A stretch of DNA of 64,000 bases from Caldilineaceae bacterium (GCA_965200615.1 OZ241377.1:379754-443753); one strand, 5' to 3'. Shown: positions 41,508 through 52,072, counted from the first letter of the stretch. The notes: generated by a model not told the origin, from the sequence alone. A program made the numbers and translations.

Positions 41508-42914
41508 GTGACTGTGTGGCAACTGTTTTCTTCCCGTTTCCGGGCGCGAACATGGACCTCATCCACGGCTGACAGGCAACAGTGCGCGGAGCCGTTGCGT
41601 GGCTTCTCCCGCTTCCGCCATATCCTGGCCGCCTGTGTGGCTACCCGGATCGTCGTCGACACATCGGTCCAGCTTTTCTACTCCTTTCTACAGGTCATTG
41701 CGCTGGGAATGGCCCTGGATGTTGTCGTTCTGGGCCGTCTGATGAGCCTGCGCAGCGCGGTGGGGCTGAGCGCGCCGCTGTTCGGCAGCGCGGCGGACCG
41801 CTACGGCTACCTGCGCGTGATGCGTCTGGCCCTGGTTTTGGCCGCGGCGGGCTCCTTCCTGCTGGGAAGCGGCGCCGGGTTCTGGTCGGTTGCGGCCGGG
41901 ATGGTCCTGTCAGGTGTGGGGTTGACCGGCTTCTTGCCGACCCTCCATGCCTATATCAGCGCGCAGCTGCCCTTTGCGCAGCGGGCGCGCGGCATCGGCA
42001 CCCTGGAGTACTCGTGGGCACTGGCAGGGATCTTCGGCCTTTCGCTTATGGGCCTCCTGTTCGACCGTTTCAGCTGGCAGCTTCCCTTCATGGTTCTGGG
42101 GGTAGCGATACTCGCCAGTTGGGCAGTCCTCGGCTTTCTGCCGAGAGTACCGCGAGGTGCGGACCCCGCACTGGCGGGCGGCAGCGAAAAGGCTGTGCCG
42201 GCCCAGGCGGCCGTAACAGGTGAAGAGGTCGATTCAGGGAAACGCATTGAGAAAGGGGTTGCGCCCTCTCTTGCCGATCACTTCTCCCACCTCGCTCATG
42301 GCGCTGTTCGGCGTATCGCCGGGCTCCTCGATCTCGGCCCAAATTGGCTCTCGGCCTACATGGTCATCGGCGCGAACTGCCTCTTTCTTTTCAGCCAGGG
42401 CCATGTCCTCATTGCTCACGGTGTCTGGTTGCAGACCGAATACGGCCTTACGGCAACTGCTTTGGGCCTGGTGGCCCTGTTGCAGGGAGCGGCGGACCTG
42501 GCGGGGGCTGTTCTGGTCTCGCTGATCGCGGACCGGGTCGGCAAGAAGCGATCATTTCAGGCAGGCATTCTCGGTTCAGCGCTGGTATACCTCTCTCTCC
42601 CCATAGTCAATATCGGGCTGTTGCCGGTCGTCGCGGCATTGCTGCTGATGCGATTTACATTTGAGTACGGCCTCGTCAGCGCCATAGCCCTGGTCAGCGA
42701 ACAGGCGCCGGACCGGCGAGGCAAAGTGATGTCGCTGGCGGTGGCGATCAATTTGCTCGGCTCTACACTTACCGGTTTTACCGGACCGTTGATGTACGCC
42801 CGTTTCGGCGTGTGGGGGTTGGGACCGGTGTCGGCCGTCTGTACGCTGGCGGCATTCGTGCTGTTGACGGTCTGGGGACGCGAGTCGGCGGAAACTGCAA
42901 TGGCTAGTGAATAA
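41508..42914 (+). CDS. MFS transporter (paralog B)
   Basis: Collinear with paralog A along its length (e.g. FSRFRHILAACVATR, FGSAADRYGYLRVM, SEQAPDRRGK, ARFGVWGLGPV..FVLLTVWGRESA). Start uncertain (GTG 41508 or 41514). Confidence 0.7.
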   Translation: MTVWQLFSSRFRARTWTSSTADRQQCAEPLRGFSRFRHILAACVATRIVVDTSVQLFYSFLQVIALGMALDVVVLGRLMSLRSAVGLSAPLFGSAADRYGYLRVMRLALVLAAAGSFLLGSGAGFWSVAAGMVLSGVGLTGFLPTLHAYISAQLPFAQRARGIGTLEYSWALAGIFGLSLMGLLFDRFSWQLPFMVLGVAILASWAVLGFLPRVPRGADPALAGGSEKAVPAQAAVTGEEVDSGKRIEKGVAPSLADHFSHLAHGAVRRIAGLLDLGPNWLSAYMVIGANCLFLFSQGHVLIAHGVWLQTEYGLTATALGLVALLQGAADLAGAVLVSLIADRVGKKRSFQAGILGSALVYLSLPIVNIGLLPVVAALLLMRFTFEYGLVSAIALVSEQAPDRRGKVMSLAVAINLLGSTLTGFTGPLMYARFGVWGLGPVSAVCTLAAFVLLTVWGRESAETAMASE

Positions 42915-43086
42915 TGGTCAGTGGCCAGAGTCGGCGCAGGGGTCGGCTGGAGAAAACGATTTGCGCCGTTCAGGTAAGCCGTGCCATGATGATTTTGCTT
43001 TCTCCGTCAGATAGTTCAAGTAGATTGGAAGCCGCTCCACCAGCGGCTAAGTCCTTCCCGCACACATGTTACTGAGGAATCCTCAA

Positions 43087-44427
43087 ATGAATATTATCTA
43101 CCTGCATTCGCACGACACGGGCCGGTACCTGCAGCCCTACGGCCATGCCGTCCCTGCGCCCAATCTGCAGCGGCTGGCGGAAGAGGGCGTTCTCTTCCGC
43201 CGGGCGTTCAGCGCCGCGCCGACATGCTCACCGAGCCGGGCCTGTCTGCTCACGGGCCAGAGCTCGCATTCCTGCGGGCAGTTGGGACTGGCCAATCGGG
43301 ACTTCTTCCTGCAGCATCCCGAACGGCATCTGGCGAACTTTCTGCGCGGGCACGGCTACCGCACGGCCTTGTGCGGCTTTCAACACCTGACGCTCGATAC
43401 CCGTACGCTGGGATACGAATGGATCGCCGAGGCCGACCCGCCCGGGTCTGGGGGGGCGGAGTACAGAACGGAGGCTGCAGTCGAGTTCATCAACCGGGAG
43501 CATGACCGGCCCTTTTTCCTGGCAGTGGGCTACTCGGAGACGCATCGCGTCTTTCCGGAGCCGAGCGAGGAGGAGGACGTGCGCTATACGCTGCCGCCGG
43601 CGCCGCTGCCCGATACGCCGGAGACCCGCTATGACATGGCCTCTTACAAGCGCATGGCCAGGATCCTGGACGACCAGGTTGGGATCGTGCTGGCGGCGCT
43701 GGAGAAGGCGGGGCTGGCCGAGGATACGCTGTTCATCTACACGACGGACCACGGGCTGGCCTTCCCCGGCATGAAGTGCACGCTGACCGACCACGGCTTC
43801 GGCGTTTCGCTGATCATGCGCGGGCCGCAGGGGTTCAGCGGCGGCAAGGTCGTGGACGGGATGGTCTCGCAGATCGACATCTACCCGACACTGTGCGAGC
43901 TATTGGATGTCGAGCCGCCAGCATGGCTGCAAGGACGATCTGTTGTGCCGCTGGTGGCGGGTACTGCGGAGGAGATCAATGAGGAGATCTTCGGGGAGGT
44001 GAGCTATCACGCGGGCTATGAACCGAAAAGGGCGGTGCGCACGCAACGCTGGAAGTATATCCGTCGTTTCGATGAGTGGACGACAACGACGATGCCCAAC
44101 ATCGACAACGGACCAAGCAAGCAGTATCTGATGGACAACGGTCTGGCCGAGCGCAAGGTGCGCCAGGAGGCGCTCTACGATTTGATTTATGATCCGAACG
44201 AAGCCTGCAACCTGGTGAACGACCCGGATTACGCCGAAGCTCTGGCGGAGATGCGGGGCCGGCTCTCGTCATGGATGGAGCGCACGGATGACCCCCTGCT
44301 GCGGGGCCCTGTGCCGGCGCCGGAGGGCGCGTACGTGGATAGACCGGGCGACCCGCATCCGGGCGTTTCGGAACGGGACTCGGTCAGCCGATGGCTGCGG
44401 CGGGAGAAACTGGATATTCGGGGCTAG
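43087..44427 (+). CDS. sulfatase (Cys-type formylglycine motif)
   Basis: GAGGA SD. Motifs NIIYLHSHDTG, APTCSPSRACLLTGQ (C-x-P-x-R), YTTDHG. Confidence 0.85.
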   Translation: MNIIYLHSHDTGRYLQPYGHAVPAPNLQRLAEEGVLFRRAFSAAPTCSPSRACLLTGQSSHSCGQLGLANRDFFLQHPERHLANFLRGHGYRTALCGFQHLTLDTRTLGYEWIAEADPPGSGGAEYRTEAAVEFINREHDRPFFLAVGYSETHRVFPEPSEEEDVRYTLPPAPLPDTPETRYDMASYKRMARILDDQVGIVLAALEKAGLAEDTLFIYTTDHGLAFPGMKCTLTDHGFGVSLIMRGPQGFSGGKVVDGMVSQIDIYPTLCELLDVEPPAWLQGRSVVPLVAGTAEEINEEIFGEVSYHAGYEPKRAVRTQRWKYIRRFDEWTTTTMPNIDNGPSKQYLMDNGLAERKVRQEALYDLIYDPNEACNLVNDPDYAEALAEMRGRLSSWMERTDDPLLRGPVPAPEGAYVDRPGDPHPGVSERDSVSRWLRREKLDIRG

Positions 44428-44476
44428 CATTCTGTTGTGAGAGACCGGCGGCCGGGGGATGCAGCGGCTTCCGACG

Positions 44477-45838
44477 TTACTTTTCTCCCAGGGCAAAGAC
44501 CAGGGCCTCGATGAGGAGATCGATTTCTGACTCGGTCGCCACCAGGGGCGGGGCCATGATGAGGATGTTGCCCAAGCCGGGAACGGTGTTGCCGTTGCGC
44601 CCGAGAATGACGCCGGCCTGTTTGCAGCGACCCAGGATCTCCAGCGCCTCAGCGTCGTCGAGGGGCTGTTTGGTCTCCTTGTCCGCCACCAGCTCGACGC
44701 CCAGGAGCAGCCCGCGGCCGCGGGCTTCGCCCACCCACGGGTGCGACGACAGGTTCTTCAATTGCCCCAGCGCGTAGTCTCCCACGCAGCGGGCCTTCTC
44801 CACCAGACCTTCTTCCTCCACGATCTGCAGATTGTGCAGTCCGACCGCAGTGCTGACCGGGTGGCCGCCAAAGGTGTTGATGTGACGGAAGTGGCTCAGG
44901 TCGCCGCCCTCGCCCATGAAGGCGTTGAAGATATTCTCCTGCACTGCGGTCGCAGCGAGGGGCATGTAGCCGCTCGAAAGCCCCTTCGCCATGGTGATGA
45001 TGTCGGGCTTTACCTCCCAGTGGTCGTGGCCAAACATTTCGCCGGTGCGGCCATAGCCGGAGACGACCTCGTCGAAGATGAGAAGTACGCCGTACTCGTC
45101 GCAGATTTCGCGCACGCGCGGCAGGTATTCATCCGGCGGGACCAGCACGCCGCCGCCGGAGATGATCGGCTCCATCAGTACCGCGGCGACCGTCTCGGGC
45201 CCCTCGTAGATGATCGTCTCCTCGATCGCCTGTGCACAGGCGATGCCGTGCTCGGCGGCGGTGAGCTTGGGGTGGGCGCGGTAGGGATAGGGGGGCGGAA
45301 CGTGGATGAAGCCGGGCGCCATCGGCCCGTAACCGATCTTGCGTTCGGCCTGGCCGGTGGCGCTCATGGCGCCGAGCGTGTTGCCGTGGTAGGCGCGGTG
45401 GCGGGAGATTATTTTGTAGCGGGTGGCGCCGCCCTGTTTGCCGGACTGCAGGTGGTACTGGCGGGCGACCTTGAAGGCGACCTCGTTGGCTTCGGAGCCG
45501 CTGGAGGAGAAGTAGACGCGGCCGCGCCAGCCGAGCAGGTCCAGTATCTTGTCGGCCAGCTGCGCGCCGGGCGGGTGGGTCATGGTGGGCGCGAGATAGG
45601 CGAGCTCTGTCATCTGCGCGGCGGCGGTTGCCGCCAGTTCGCTGCGCCCGTAGCCGATGTTCACGCACCAGAGGCCGGCCATCGCGTCGAGGTAGCGGCG
45701 GCCCTGGTCATCTTCCAGATAGCAGCCTTCGCCGCGCACGATGAGGGGAGGCGGGCTGTCGGCCAGCGGTTTGTGCTGGGTGAGGGGATGCCAGAGGGCG
45801 CGGACGTCGAGTTCTGAGATGGAAGGGGCAACGGTCAT
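44477..45838 (-). CDS. class III (omega-type) aminotransferase
   Basis: Motifs LWHPLTQHK, GLWCVNIGYGR, SGSEANE, EPIISGGGV, LIFDEVVSGYGRTG, ITMAKGLSSGYMPL. ATG 45838; the longer track ORF (to 46336) is not supported. Confidence 0.85.
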   Translation of the reverse strand: MTVAPSISELDVRALWHPLTQHKPLADSPPPLIVRGEGCYLEDDQGRRYLDAMAGLWCVNIGYGRSELAATAAAQMTELAYLAPTMTHPPGAQLADKILDLLGWRGRVYFSSSGSEANEVAFKVARQYHLQSGKQGGATRYKIISRHRAYHGNTLGAMSATGQAERKIGYGPMAPGFIHVPPPYPYRAHPKLTAAEHGIACAQAIEETIIYEGPETVAAVLMEPIISGGGVLVPPDEYLPRVREICDEYGVLLIFDEVVSGYGRTGEMFGHDHWEVKPDIITMAKGLSSGYMPLAATAVQENIFNAFMGEGGDLSHFRHINTFGGHPVSTAVGLHNLQIVEEEGLVEKARCVGDYALGQLKNLSSHPWVGEARGRGLLLGVELVADKETKQPLDDAEALEILGRCKQAGVILGRNGNTVPGLGNILIMAPPLVATESEIDLLIEALVFALGEK

Positions 45839-46131
45839 TTTTTCTCTCGCTTCCTCTGTGGAGTTGGCGTCGTTTACGGTGGGATCATACCAGCATCTCG
45901 TAATCCGGTCTACAATGGGCTGGAGGCTGTTGCAGACGCGGGCCTCTGGGCAGTTTCTGAATCCAAATGGGCCGGAATCAGAAACCAGAGGGAGCAACAG
46001 ATGTCGTGTATGTTCCCCACAGATATGATAGAATGCGGGAAACCGCGCTTGGATGATTAAGAGCTCTCCTCTCTGAGTTAGAGGACTCACAGGCAAGTTC
46101 TGCCGAATTAGAGAAAAAACGGGGGTCGAAG

Positions 46132-46419
46132 ATGGTGCCTGCACAGATACTATTGACAGAGATTCAGGCACGAGTCCTGGAGCAGATCGCCGCGGAACAG
46201 GAAACAACCGTAACTGAACTGATCCGCCAAAGTATCGATGACATGATTCGACACCGAATGGATATTGGTGGCGGCAAACAGATCGATGTCGATCGAGAGG
46301 AGGGTAGGCGACGCGCTCTTTCCGTTGTTGGGGCATTCTCCAGCGGTGTCGACGATCTCTCGATCAATCATGATCAGTATCTGGCTGAAGCATATGCGAA
46401 CGCAGCCGGCGATGAGTGA
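46132..46419 (+). CDS. vapB: ribbon-helix-helix (CopG/VapB-like) antitoxin
   Basis: 95 aa. N-terminus VPAQILLTEIQARVLEQIAAEQETTVTELIRQSIDDMI. ATGA overlap with the downstream PIN gene. Confidence 0.65.
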   Translation: MVPAQILLTEIQARVLEQIAAEQETTVTELIRQSIDDMIRHRMDIGGGKQIDVDREEGRRRALSVVGAFSSGVDDLSINHDQYLAEAYANAAGDE

Positions 46420-46814
46420 TGGTATTGGTCGATACCTCTGCTTTGTTGGCATTACTTGATAGAGATGACCGGTATCATGACGACGCAACTCTGGTCTGGA
46501 GGCGTCTCGTCTTGCAAAATGAGCCGGTAATTTGTACAAACTATGTAGTTGTGGAGACAATTGCACTCGTTCAGAGGCGCCTCGGCCTAGCTGCGGTGCG
46601 TCGCCTGTTGCAGGATCTGATTCCTTGGTTATCTATTGAATGGGTGCAGCCCGAAATCCACGAAATGGCTATATCAGCACTATTGGCCGCGAACCGCCGT
46701 GGTCTTAGCATTGTCGACTGCGTTAGTGTTGAGGTAGCACGCAGGAAGCGAGTCAGTGCAGTATTTGCTTATGACCGCGATTTTGTCGAGCACGGTTTCA
46801 CTCCCATAGATTAG
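46416..46814 (+). CDS. vapC: PIN-domain toxin VapC
   Basis: Motifs MVLVDTSALLALLDRDD, VVVETIAL, SIVDCVS, AYDRDF. 132 aa. Confidence 0.8.
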   Translation: MMVLVDTSALLALLDRDDRYHDDATLVWRRLVLQNEPVICTNYVVVETIALVQRRLGLAAVRRLLQDLIPWLSIEWVQPEIHEMAISALLAANRRGLSIVDCVSVEVARRKRVSAVFAYDRDFVEHGFTPID

Positions 46815-46842
46815 CCACAACATCCCAATTCAGGAGGAAGGA

Positions 46843-47877
46843 ATGACTCAGGACACTATCCGCGTCGGCGTTGTCGGCGCAGGCGCCAACACGCGTGACC
46901 GGCATATTCCGGGCCTGCAGGCCATCGAAGGCGTCGAGATCGTCGCGGTCTGCAATCGCAGCCAGGAATCGGGGGAACGGGTCGCGCAGCGGTTCGGCAT
47001 CGAGCGGGTCTGCACGAACTGGCAGGATATCGTGCAGGCCGAGGACGTGGACGCCGTGGTGATCGGCACGTGGCCGTACATGCACCGTCTCCTCACGGTG
47101 ACCGCGCTGGAGGCGGATAAGCACGTAATGTGCGAGGCGCGCATGGCGATGAACGCGTCGGAGGCCCACTGTATGTACAATGCGCTGCGCAGCCGGCCGC
47201 ATCTTGTGGCGCAGATCGTGCCGTCACCCTTCAGCCTGCGCGTGGACCGCACGATCCAGCGGTTGATTCGCGACGGCTGGCTGGGGGATGTGCTGGTGGT
47301 GGACGTTCGCGCGGGCGGCGCCTTCATCGACAAGGATGTTGAGATGCACTGGCGCCACAATATGGACTACAGCGGGCTGAACGTGATGACGATGGGCATC
47401 TGGTATGAGGCGATGATGCGCTGGGTCGGCGAGGCGACCAGCGTGGTCGCCAAGGGAAAGACCTTTACGCCGGTGCGCCAGGATGAACAGGGTCGCATGA
47501 TGGGCGTACGCATCCCCGATCATATCGACATTATCGCGGACTTGGCCGGCGGCGGGCAGGCCCACATTCAGGTCAGCAACGTGACAGGATTCGGTGATCC
47601 GCCCTCGGCAACGATCTACGGCAGCGAAGGCACGCTGCATTTCAGCGGCGATGTCCTGACGGGCGGACAGCGTGGCGACAGCGGCCTGAGTGAAATCGAA
47701 GTGCCGGCCCACGAGGCGGGAGGATGGCGCGTGGAGGAGGAGTTCATCAGCGCGATCCGCGGGCACGAAGTGATCACCCACACCGATTTCGCCACCGGCG
47801 TGAAATACATGGAGTTCACCGAGGCGGTCCATCGCAGCCGGCGCAGCGGGAAGACGGTTAACCTGCCGCTGCTGTAG
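46843..47877 (+). CDS. Gfo/Idh/MocA-family oxidoreductase
   Basis: Rossmann N-terminus IRVGVVGAGANTRDRHIPGL..VEIVAVCNR..; 344 aa. Confidence 0.8.
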   Translation: MTQDTIRVGVVGAGANTRDRHIPGLQAIEGVEIVAVCNRSQESGERVAQRFGIERVCTNWQDIVQAEDVDAVVIGTWPYMHRLLTVTALEADKHVMCEARMAMNASEAHCMYNALRSRPHLVAQIVPSPFSLRVDRTIQRLIRDGWLGDVLVVDVRAGGAFIDKDVEMHWRHNMDYSGLNVMTMGIWYEAMMRWVGEATSVVAKGKTFTPVRQDEQGRMMGVRIPDHIDIIADLAGGGQAHIQVSNVTGFGDPPSATIYGSEGTLHFSGDVLTGGQRGDSGLSEIEVPAHEAGGWRVEEEFISAIRGHEVITHTDFATGVKYMEFTEAVHRSRRSGKTVNLPLL

Positions 47878-47922
47878 AGGCAACGGGCACGGGGCGCCGG
47901 CCACGAAGAAAGGGGAAGACCG

Positions 47923-48246
47923 ATGAAACGATACGGAATGGTCATTCGCGTCAGGCCGGAGTTGGAGGACGCCTACGTACATCTGCACGCCAACACCTGG
48001 CCTGAAGTCCTGCAGCGCATCAGCGCCTGCAATATGCGCAACTACACGATCTTCATGCGGGACGGCTACCTGTTCGCCTATTACGAGTATGTGGGGGACG
48101 ACTACGAGGCCGACATGGCGACGATGGCGGCCGACCCGGTCACGCAGGCGTGGTGGAAGCTGACCGATCCCTGCCAGGAGCCGGTGGAGAGCGCGGCCGA
48201 AGGCGAGCGCTGGGCGGAGATGGAGGAGGTATTCCATCATGACTGA
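47923..48246 (+). CDS. rhaM: L-rhamnose mutarotase
   Basis: KRYGMVIRVRPE..YVHLHANTWPEVL..NYTIFMRDGYLFAYYEY; 107 aa. Confidence 0.8.
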   Translation: MKRYGMVIRVRPELEDAYVHLHANTWPEVLQRISACNMRNYTIFMRDGYLFAYYEYVGDDYEADMATMAADPVTQAWWKLTDPCQEPVESAAEGERWAEMEEVFHHD

Positions 48247-49102
48247 GCGCAGGCGCTATGTGGATACCCACGTGCATTTCTGGGACGGTTCGGTGATCGA
48301 CTATCCGTGGCTGGAGGGTGCGTCAGCGATCGCCCATCCCCATCTGCCGGCCGACCTGGAACGGGCGCGCTCCGGTGTCTCGCTGGAGCTGGCGGCGATC
48401 GTCTTCGAGGAGGCCGACTGTCTGCCGGCGCACGCGCTGCGCGAGGCGGAGTGGGTCACCGAACTGGCGGAGACGGAGCCGCGCATTCGCGGCATCGTCG
48501 CCAGCGCGCCCCTGCAGGACGGTGAAGGCGCCCGGCCCCTTCTGGAGGCGCTGGCGGAGCTGCCGCTGGTCAAGGGCATCCGCCGCCTGATCCAGGACGA
48601 GCCGCTGGGCTTCTGCACCGCGCCGGAGTTTGTGCACGGCGTGCAGCTGCTGCCCGAGTATGGCTTCAGTTTCGACCTGTGCATCTACCATCCACAGATG
48701 GGGAACGTGCTGGAACTGGTGGCGCAGTGCCCGGATGTCTCCTTCCTGCTCGATCATATCGGCAAACCGGGCATCGCGGACGGCATCATGCAGCCGTGGA
48801 AGGATCAGCTGCGCGAGCTGGCCAGCCGGCCGGACATTCACTGCAAGCTCTCAGGCGTGACGACGGAGGCGGACCACGAAAACTGGAACCGGGATGAGTT
48901 ACGGCCGTACATCGAGCACGTGCTGGACTGTTTCGGCCCGGACCGGGTAGTCTTCGGCTCCGACTGGCCGGTGGTCGACATGGCCGCGGACTATGTCACC
49001 TGGTTTGACATCGTTCAGGACAGCATCAGCCACCTGAGCGCGGAGGACCAGCAGAAGATCATGCACGACAACGGGGCCCGCTTCTATCGATTGAGGATTT
49101 AG
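48239..49102 (+). CDS. amidohydrolase-2 family protein (sugar lactonase-like)
   Basis: [10 protein letters not shown]...LDHIGKP...FGSDWPV. Overlaps rhaM by 8 nt. Confidence 0.7.
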   Translation: MTERRRYVDTHVHFWDGSVIDYPWLEGASAIAHPHLPADLERARSGVSLELAAIVFEEADCLPAHALREAEWVTELAETEPRIRGIVASAPLQDGEGARPLLEALAELPLVKGIRRLIQDEPLGFCTAPEFVHGVQLLPEYGFSFDLCIYHPQMGNVLELVAQCPDVSFLLDHIGKPGIADGIMQPWKDQLRELASRPDIHCKLSGVTTEADHENWNRDELRPYIEHVLDCFGPDRVVFGSDWPVVDMAADYVTWFDIVQDSISHLSAEDQQKIMHDNGARFYRLRI

Positions 49103-49105
49103 CCG

Positions 49106-49145
49106 CAGTTTTTGGTAGTCAGTTTTTCGTAGTCAGCTTTCAGTG
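49106..49145. repeat. AT-rich 14-nt tandem repeat upstream of xylA
   Basis: CAGTTTTTGGTAGT (49106-49119), CAGTTTTTCGTAGT (49120-49133), then partial CAGCTTTCAGTG (49134-49145). Confidence 0.6.
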
Positions 49146-49221
49146 CATCCTTGTGTTCGACGGGGGCGCTGTTACGAAGGTCTGGAAGCACAGAGTTCAA
49201 AGCCATTGCGAGGAGCAATTC

Positions 49222-50382
49222 ATGGCCTACACACCCAAACCGGAAAATAAATTCAGTTTTGGTCTTTGGACCGTTGGCAACATTGGACGGGACCCGTTCG
49301 GCGACCCTGTGCGGGAGGTGCGCTCGCCGGTGCAACTGGTCCAGTTGCTGGGGGAGGTGGGCGCGTGGGGCGTCAACTTCCATGACAACGACCTGGTCCC
49401 GATCGACGCGACCGCGGCCGAGCGCGACCGGATCGTACGCGACTTCAAGAAGGCGCTGGATGAGAACGGGCTCGTCGTGCCGATGGCGACGACCAACCTC
49501 TTTACGCACCCGGCCTTTCGCGACGGGGCTTTCACCAGCAACGACCCGGAGGTGCGGGCCTATGCGCTGCAGAAGACGATGGCCGCCATCGACCTTGGGG
49601 TTGAGTGCGGCGCCAGCACGTACGTCTTCTGGGGCGGGCGGGAAGGCACGGAGACGGACGCCAGCAAGAGCCCTGCGGATACCGGTAAGTGGTTCCAGGA
49701 GGCGCTCAATTTCCTGTGTGAATATGTGATGGATCAGGGGTATGATCTGCGCTTTGCGCTGGAGCCGAAGCCGAACGAGCCGCGCGGCGACATCTATTTG
49801 GCGACGGTCGGCCACATGCTGGCCTTTATCGAGACGCTCGACCGCCCGGAGATGATCGGCGTGAATCCGGAGGTGGCGCATGAGCACATGGCCGGCCTGA
49901 ACTTCACGCATGCGGTGGCGCAGGCGTGGAATGCGGGCAAGCTCTTCCATATCGACCTCAACGATCAGAATCTGGGGCGCTATGATCAGGATTTCCGCTT
50001 CGGCAGCCACAACATCAAGCAGGCGTTCTTCCTGGTCAAGTTCCTGGAAGATGTGGGCTACGACGGCCCGCGGCACTTTGACGCCCATGCCTACCGCTCG
50101 TCCGACTATGAGGACGTGAAGGCCTTTGCCAGCGGTTGTATGCGCACCTACCTGATCCTGAAGGAAAAGGCGGAGCAGCTGCGCGAGCACAAGCAGATCC
50201 AGGAGCTGCTGGCGCAGATTTCGGCTGACGACGGCTCGATGGACGGTTTCAGAGGCAGGTACTCTTCGCAGAAGGCGGCCAGCCTCAAGGCGCATCCCTT
50301 TGACCGCGACGAACTGGGCCGCCGCGGCAAGCCCTATGAACAGTTGGACCAACTGGTGGTTGAACTGTTGCTCGGAGTATGA
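49222..50382 (+). CDS. xylA: xylose isomerase (class I, short type)
   Basis: GAGGAG SD. Motifs [51 protein letters not shown]. Confidence 0.9.
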   Translation: MAYTPKPENKFSFGLWTVGNIGRDPFGDPVREVRSPVQLVQLLGEVGAWGVNFHDNDLVPIDATAAERDRIVRDFKKALDENGLVVPMATTNLFTHPAFRDGAFTSNDPEVRAYALQKTMAAIDLGVECGASTYVFWGGREGTETDASKSPADTGKWFQEALNFLCEYVMDQGYDLRFALEPKPNEPRGDIYLATVGHMLAFIETLDRPEMIGVNPEVAHEHMAGLNFTHAVAQAWNAGKLFHIDLNDQNLGRYDQDFRFGSHNIKQAFFLVKFLEDVGYDGPRHFDAHAYRSSDYEDVKAFASGCMRTYLILKEKAEQLREHKQIQELLAQISADDGSMDGFRGRYSSQKAASLKAHPFDRDELGRRGKPYEQLDQLVVELLLGV

Positions 50383-50434
50383 ACTGCAATCTCTTGTCCC
50401 TGGTTTTCGGTAACGCCATCGCCCCTGGCAGTTC

Positions 50435-50470
50435 ACTGAAAACTACAAACTGACTACTGAAAACTACAAA
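50435..50470. repeat. AT-rich direct repeat downstream of xylA and upstream of xylB, related in inverse orientation to 49106-49145
   Basis: CTGAAAACTACAAA at 50436-50449 and 50457-50470, separated by CTGACTA. The reverse complement shares GTAGT, TAGTCAG and TTTCAGTG with the upstream repeat. Confidence 0.6.
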
Positions 50471-50485
50471 AAAGGGCGCGGGAAA

Positions 50486-51985
50486 ATGTATTTGATCGGC
50501 ATCGACTCCTCTACTACGGCCACCAAGTCTCTGATCATCGACGCGGACGGCGAAATCGTCGCTGTGGGCGCGGCTGAGTACCCGTTCGAGACGCCCCAGC
50601 CCCTGTGGAGCGAACAGCGCCCCGACCTGTGGTGGGACGGCACGGTGCAGAGCATGCGGTCGGCGCTGGACCAGTCCGGTATCGATCCGGCGGAGGTCGG
50701 CGCGGTGGGCGTGAGCGGTCAGATGCACGGGCTGGTGCTGTTGGACGAAGACGGCGAGCCGCTGCGGCCGGCCATTCTGTGGAACGACCAGCGCACCGGC
50801 AAACAGTGCGATGATATGCGCCTGTGGCTGGGCAAGGAAAATCTGGTGCGCATCACCGGCAACGACGCGCTGGCCGGCTTCACCGCGCCCAAGATTCTGT
50901 GGGTGAAGGAGAACGAGCCGGAGGTCTACAGCCGCGTCCGTCAGATACTTCTGCCCAAAGACTTCGTGCGCTACAAGCTGACCGGCGACTTCGCCACCGA
51001 CAAGGCGGGCGCCGGCGGCACGTCGCTGCTGGAGCTGGCGACGCGGGACTGGTCGCCGACGGTTCTGGCCGCGCTCGAGATTCCGCCGCAGTTTCTGCCT
51101 CCCACACACGAAGGCACGCAGGTGACGGGAACGGTTTCGGCGCAGGCGGCAGAGGCCACGGGTCTGCGCGCGGGCACGCCGGTGGTCGGGGGTGGGGGCG
51201 ATCAGGCGGCGCAGGGGATGGGCGTGGGCGCGATCGAGGAGGGAATCGTCGCGCTGACGCTGGGCACGTCCGGTGTCGTCTTCGCCACCGCGAACGAACC
51301 CTTCTACGAGCCGGAGGGGCGCCTGCATGCCTTCCCCCATGCTCTGCCGGACAAGTGGCACCTGATGGGGGTGATGCTCTCGGCCGCAGGCAGCCTGCGT
51401 TGGCACCGGGATACGCTGGCGCCCGGCGTGGAGTTCGACGACCTGGTGGCCCCGGCCGCAGAGGCGCCGGTCGGCAGTGAAGGACTTCTCTTTCTGCCCT
51501 ATCTGACGGGTGAGCGCACGCCCCACCCGGACCCCTTCGCCCGCGGCGCGTTCGTCGGGCTGACCGTCCGCCACGGGCTGCCCCACATGACTCGCGCCGT
51601 GCTGGAAGGCGTGGCCTTTGGCCTGCGCGACAGTTTCACGCTGATGCAGGGCGTCGGCCTCGGTGCAATCCGCCAGGTGCGGGTGAGCGGCGGCGGCGCG
51701 CGCAGCACGCTGTGGCGGCAGATCCTGGCGGATGTGCTGGACAGTGAGCTGGTAACGGTCAACACGACCGAAGGCGCGGCCTACGGCGCGGCGCTGCTGG
51801 CCGGTGTGGGCGCGGGCGTCTGGGCTGATGGCGAGAGCGCGTGCGCGGCGACCATTCGCGTCACCGGCTCGACCACGCCGAACGCCGACGCCATTGCGAC
51901 CTACGACGACTTCTATGAACTCTACCAGGGCCTCTACCCGGCGCTGCGAGCAACGTTCGACGGCGTGCGCCAGAGCGAGGAATGA
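50486..51985 (+). CDS. xylB: xylulokinase
   Basis: Motifs YLIGIDSSTTATK, WSEQRPDLWW, VGVSGQMHG, ILWNDQR, GGGDQAA, VSGGGARS. Confidence 0.9.
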   Translation: MYLIGIDSSTTATKSLIIDADGEIVAVGAAEYPFETPQPLWSEQRPDLWWDGTVQSMRSALDQSGIDPAEVGAVGVSGQMHGLVLLDEDGEPLRPAILWNDQRTGKQCDDMRLWLGKENLVRITGNDALAGFTAPKILWVKENEPEVYSRVRQILLPKDFVRYKLTGDFATDKAGAGGTSLLELATRDWSPTVLAALEIPPQFLPPTHEGTQVTGTVSAQAAEATGLRAGTPVVGGGGDQAAQGMGVGAIEEGIVALTLGTSGVVFATANEPFYEPEGRLHAFPHALPDKWHLMGVMLSAAGSLRWHRDTLAPGVEFDDLVAPAAEAPVGSEGLLFLPYLTGERTPHPDPFARGAFVGLTVRHGLPHMTRAVLEGVAFGLRDSFTLMQGVGLGAIRQVRVSGGGARSTLWRQILADVLDSELVTVNTTEGAAYGAALLAGVGAGVWADGESACAATIRVTGSTTPNADAIATYDDFYELYQGLYPALRATFDGVRQSEE

Positions 51986-52072
51986 GAACAGAGGAACGAG
52001 GAGTGCGGAGTGATCGTAGTTCTCTCTTTCCTCTCTCCTCTTCACTCTCTTCTCACAGTCTGAGGAGAACCT

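Noticed and set aside
50285-52045. 586-aa minus-strand ORF; also 49099-50436(-), 40277-41662(-), 56009-57340(+), 20738-22000(-) and 3253-4365(-)
   Set aside because: All lie antisense to clearly recognisable genes (xylB, xylA, GH32, UDG/FAH, pepA, cas10) and have no motifs of their own. They are GC-driven open frames.
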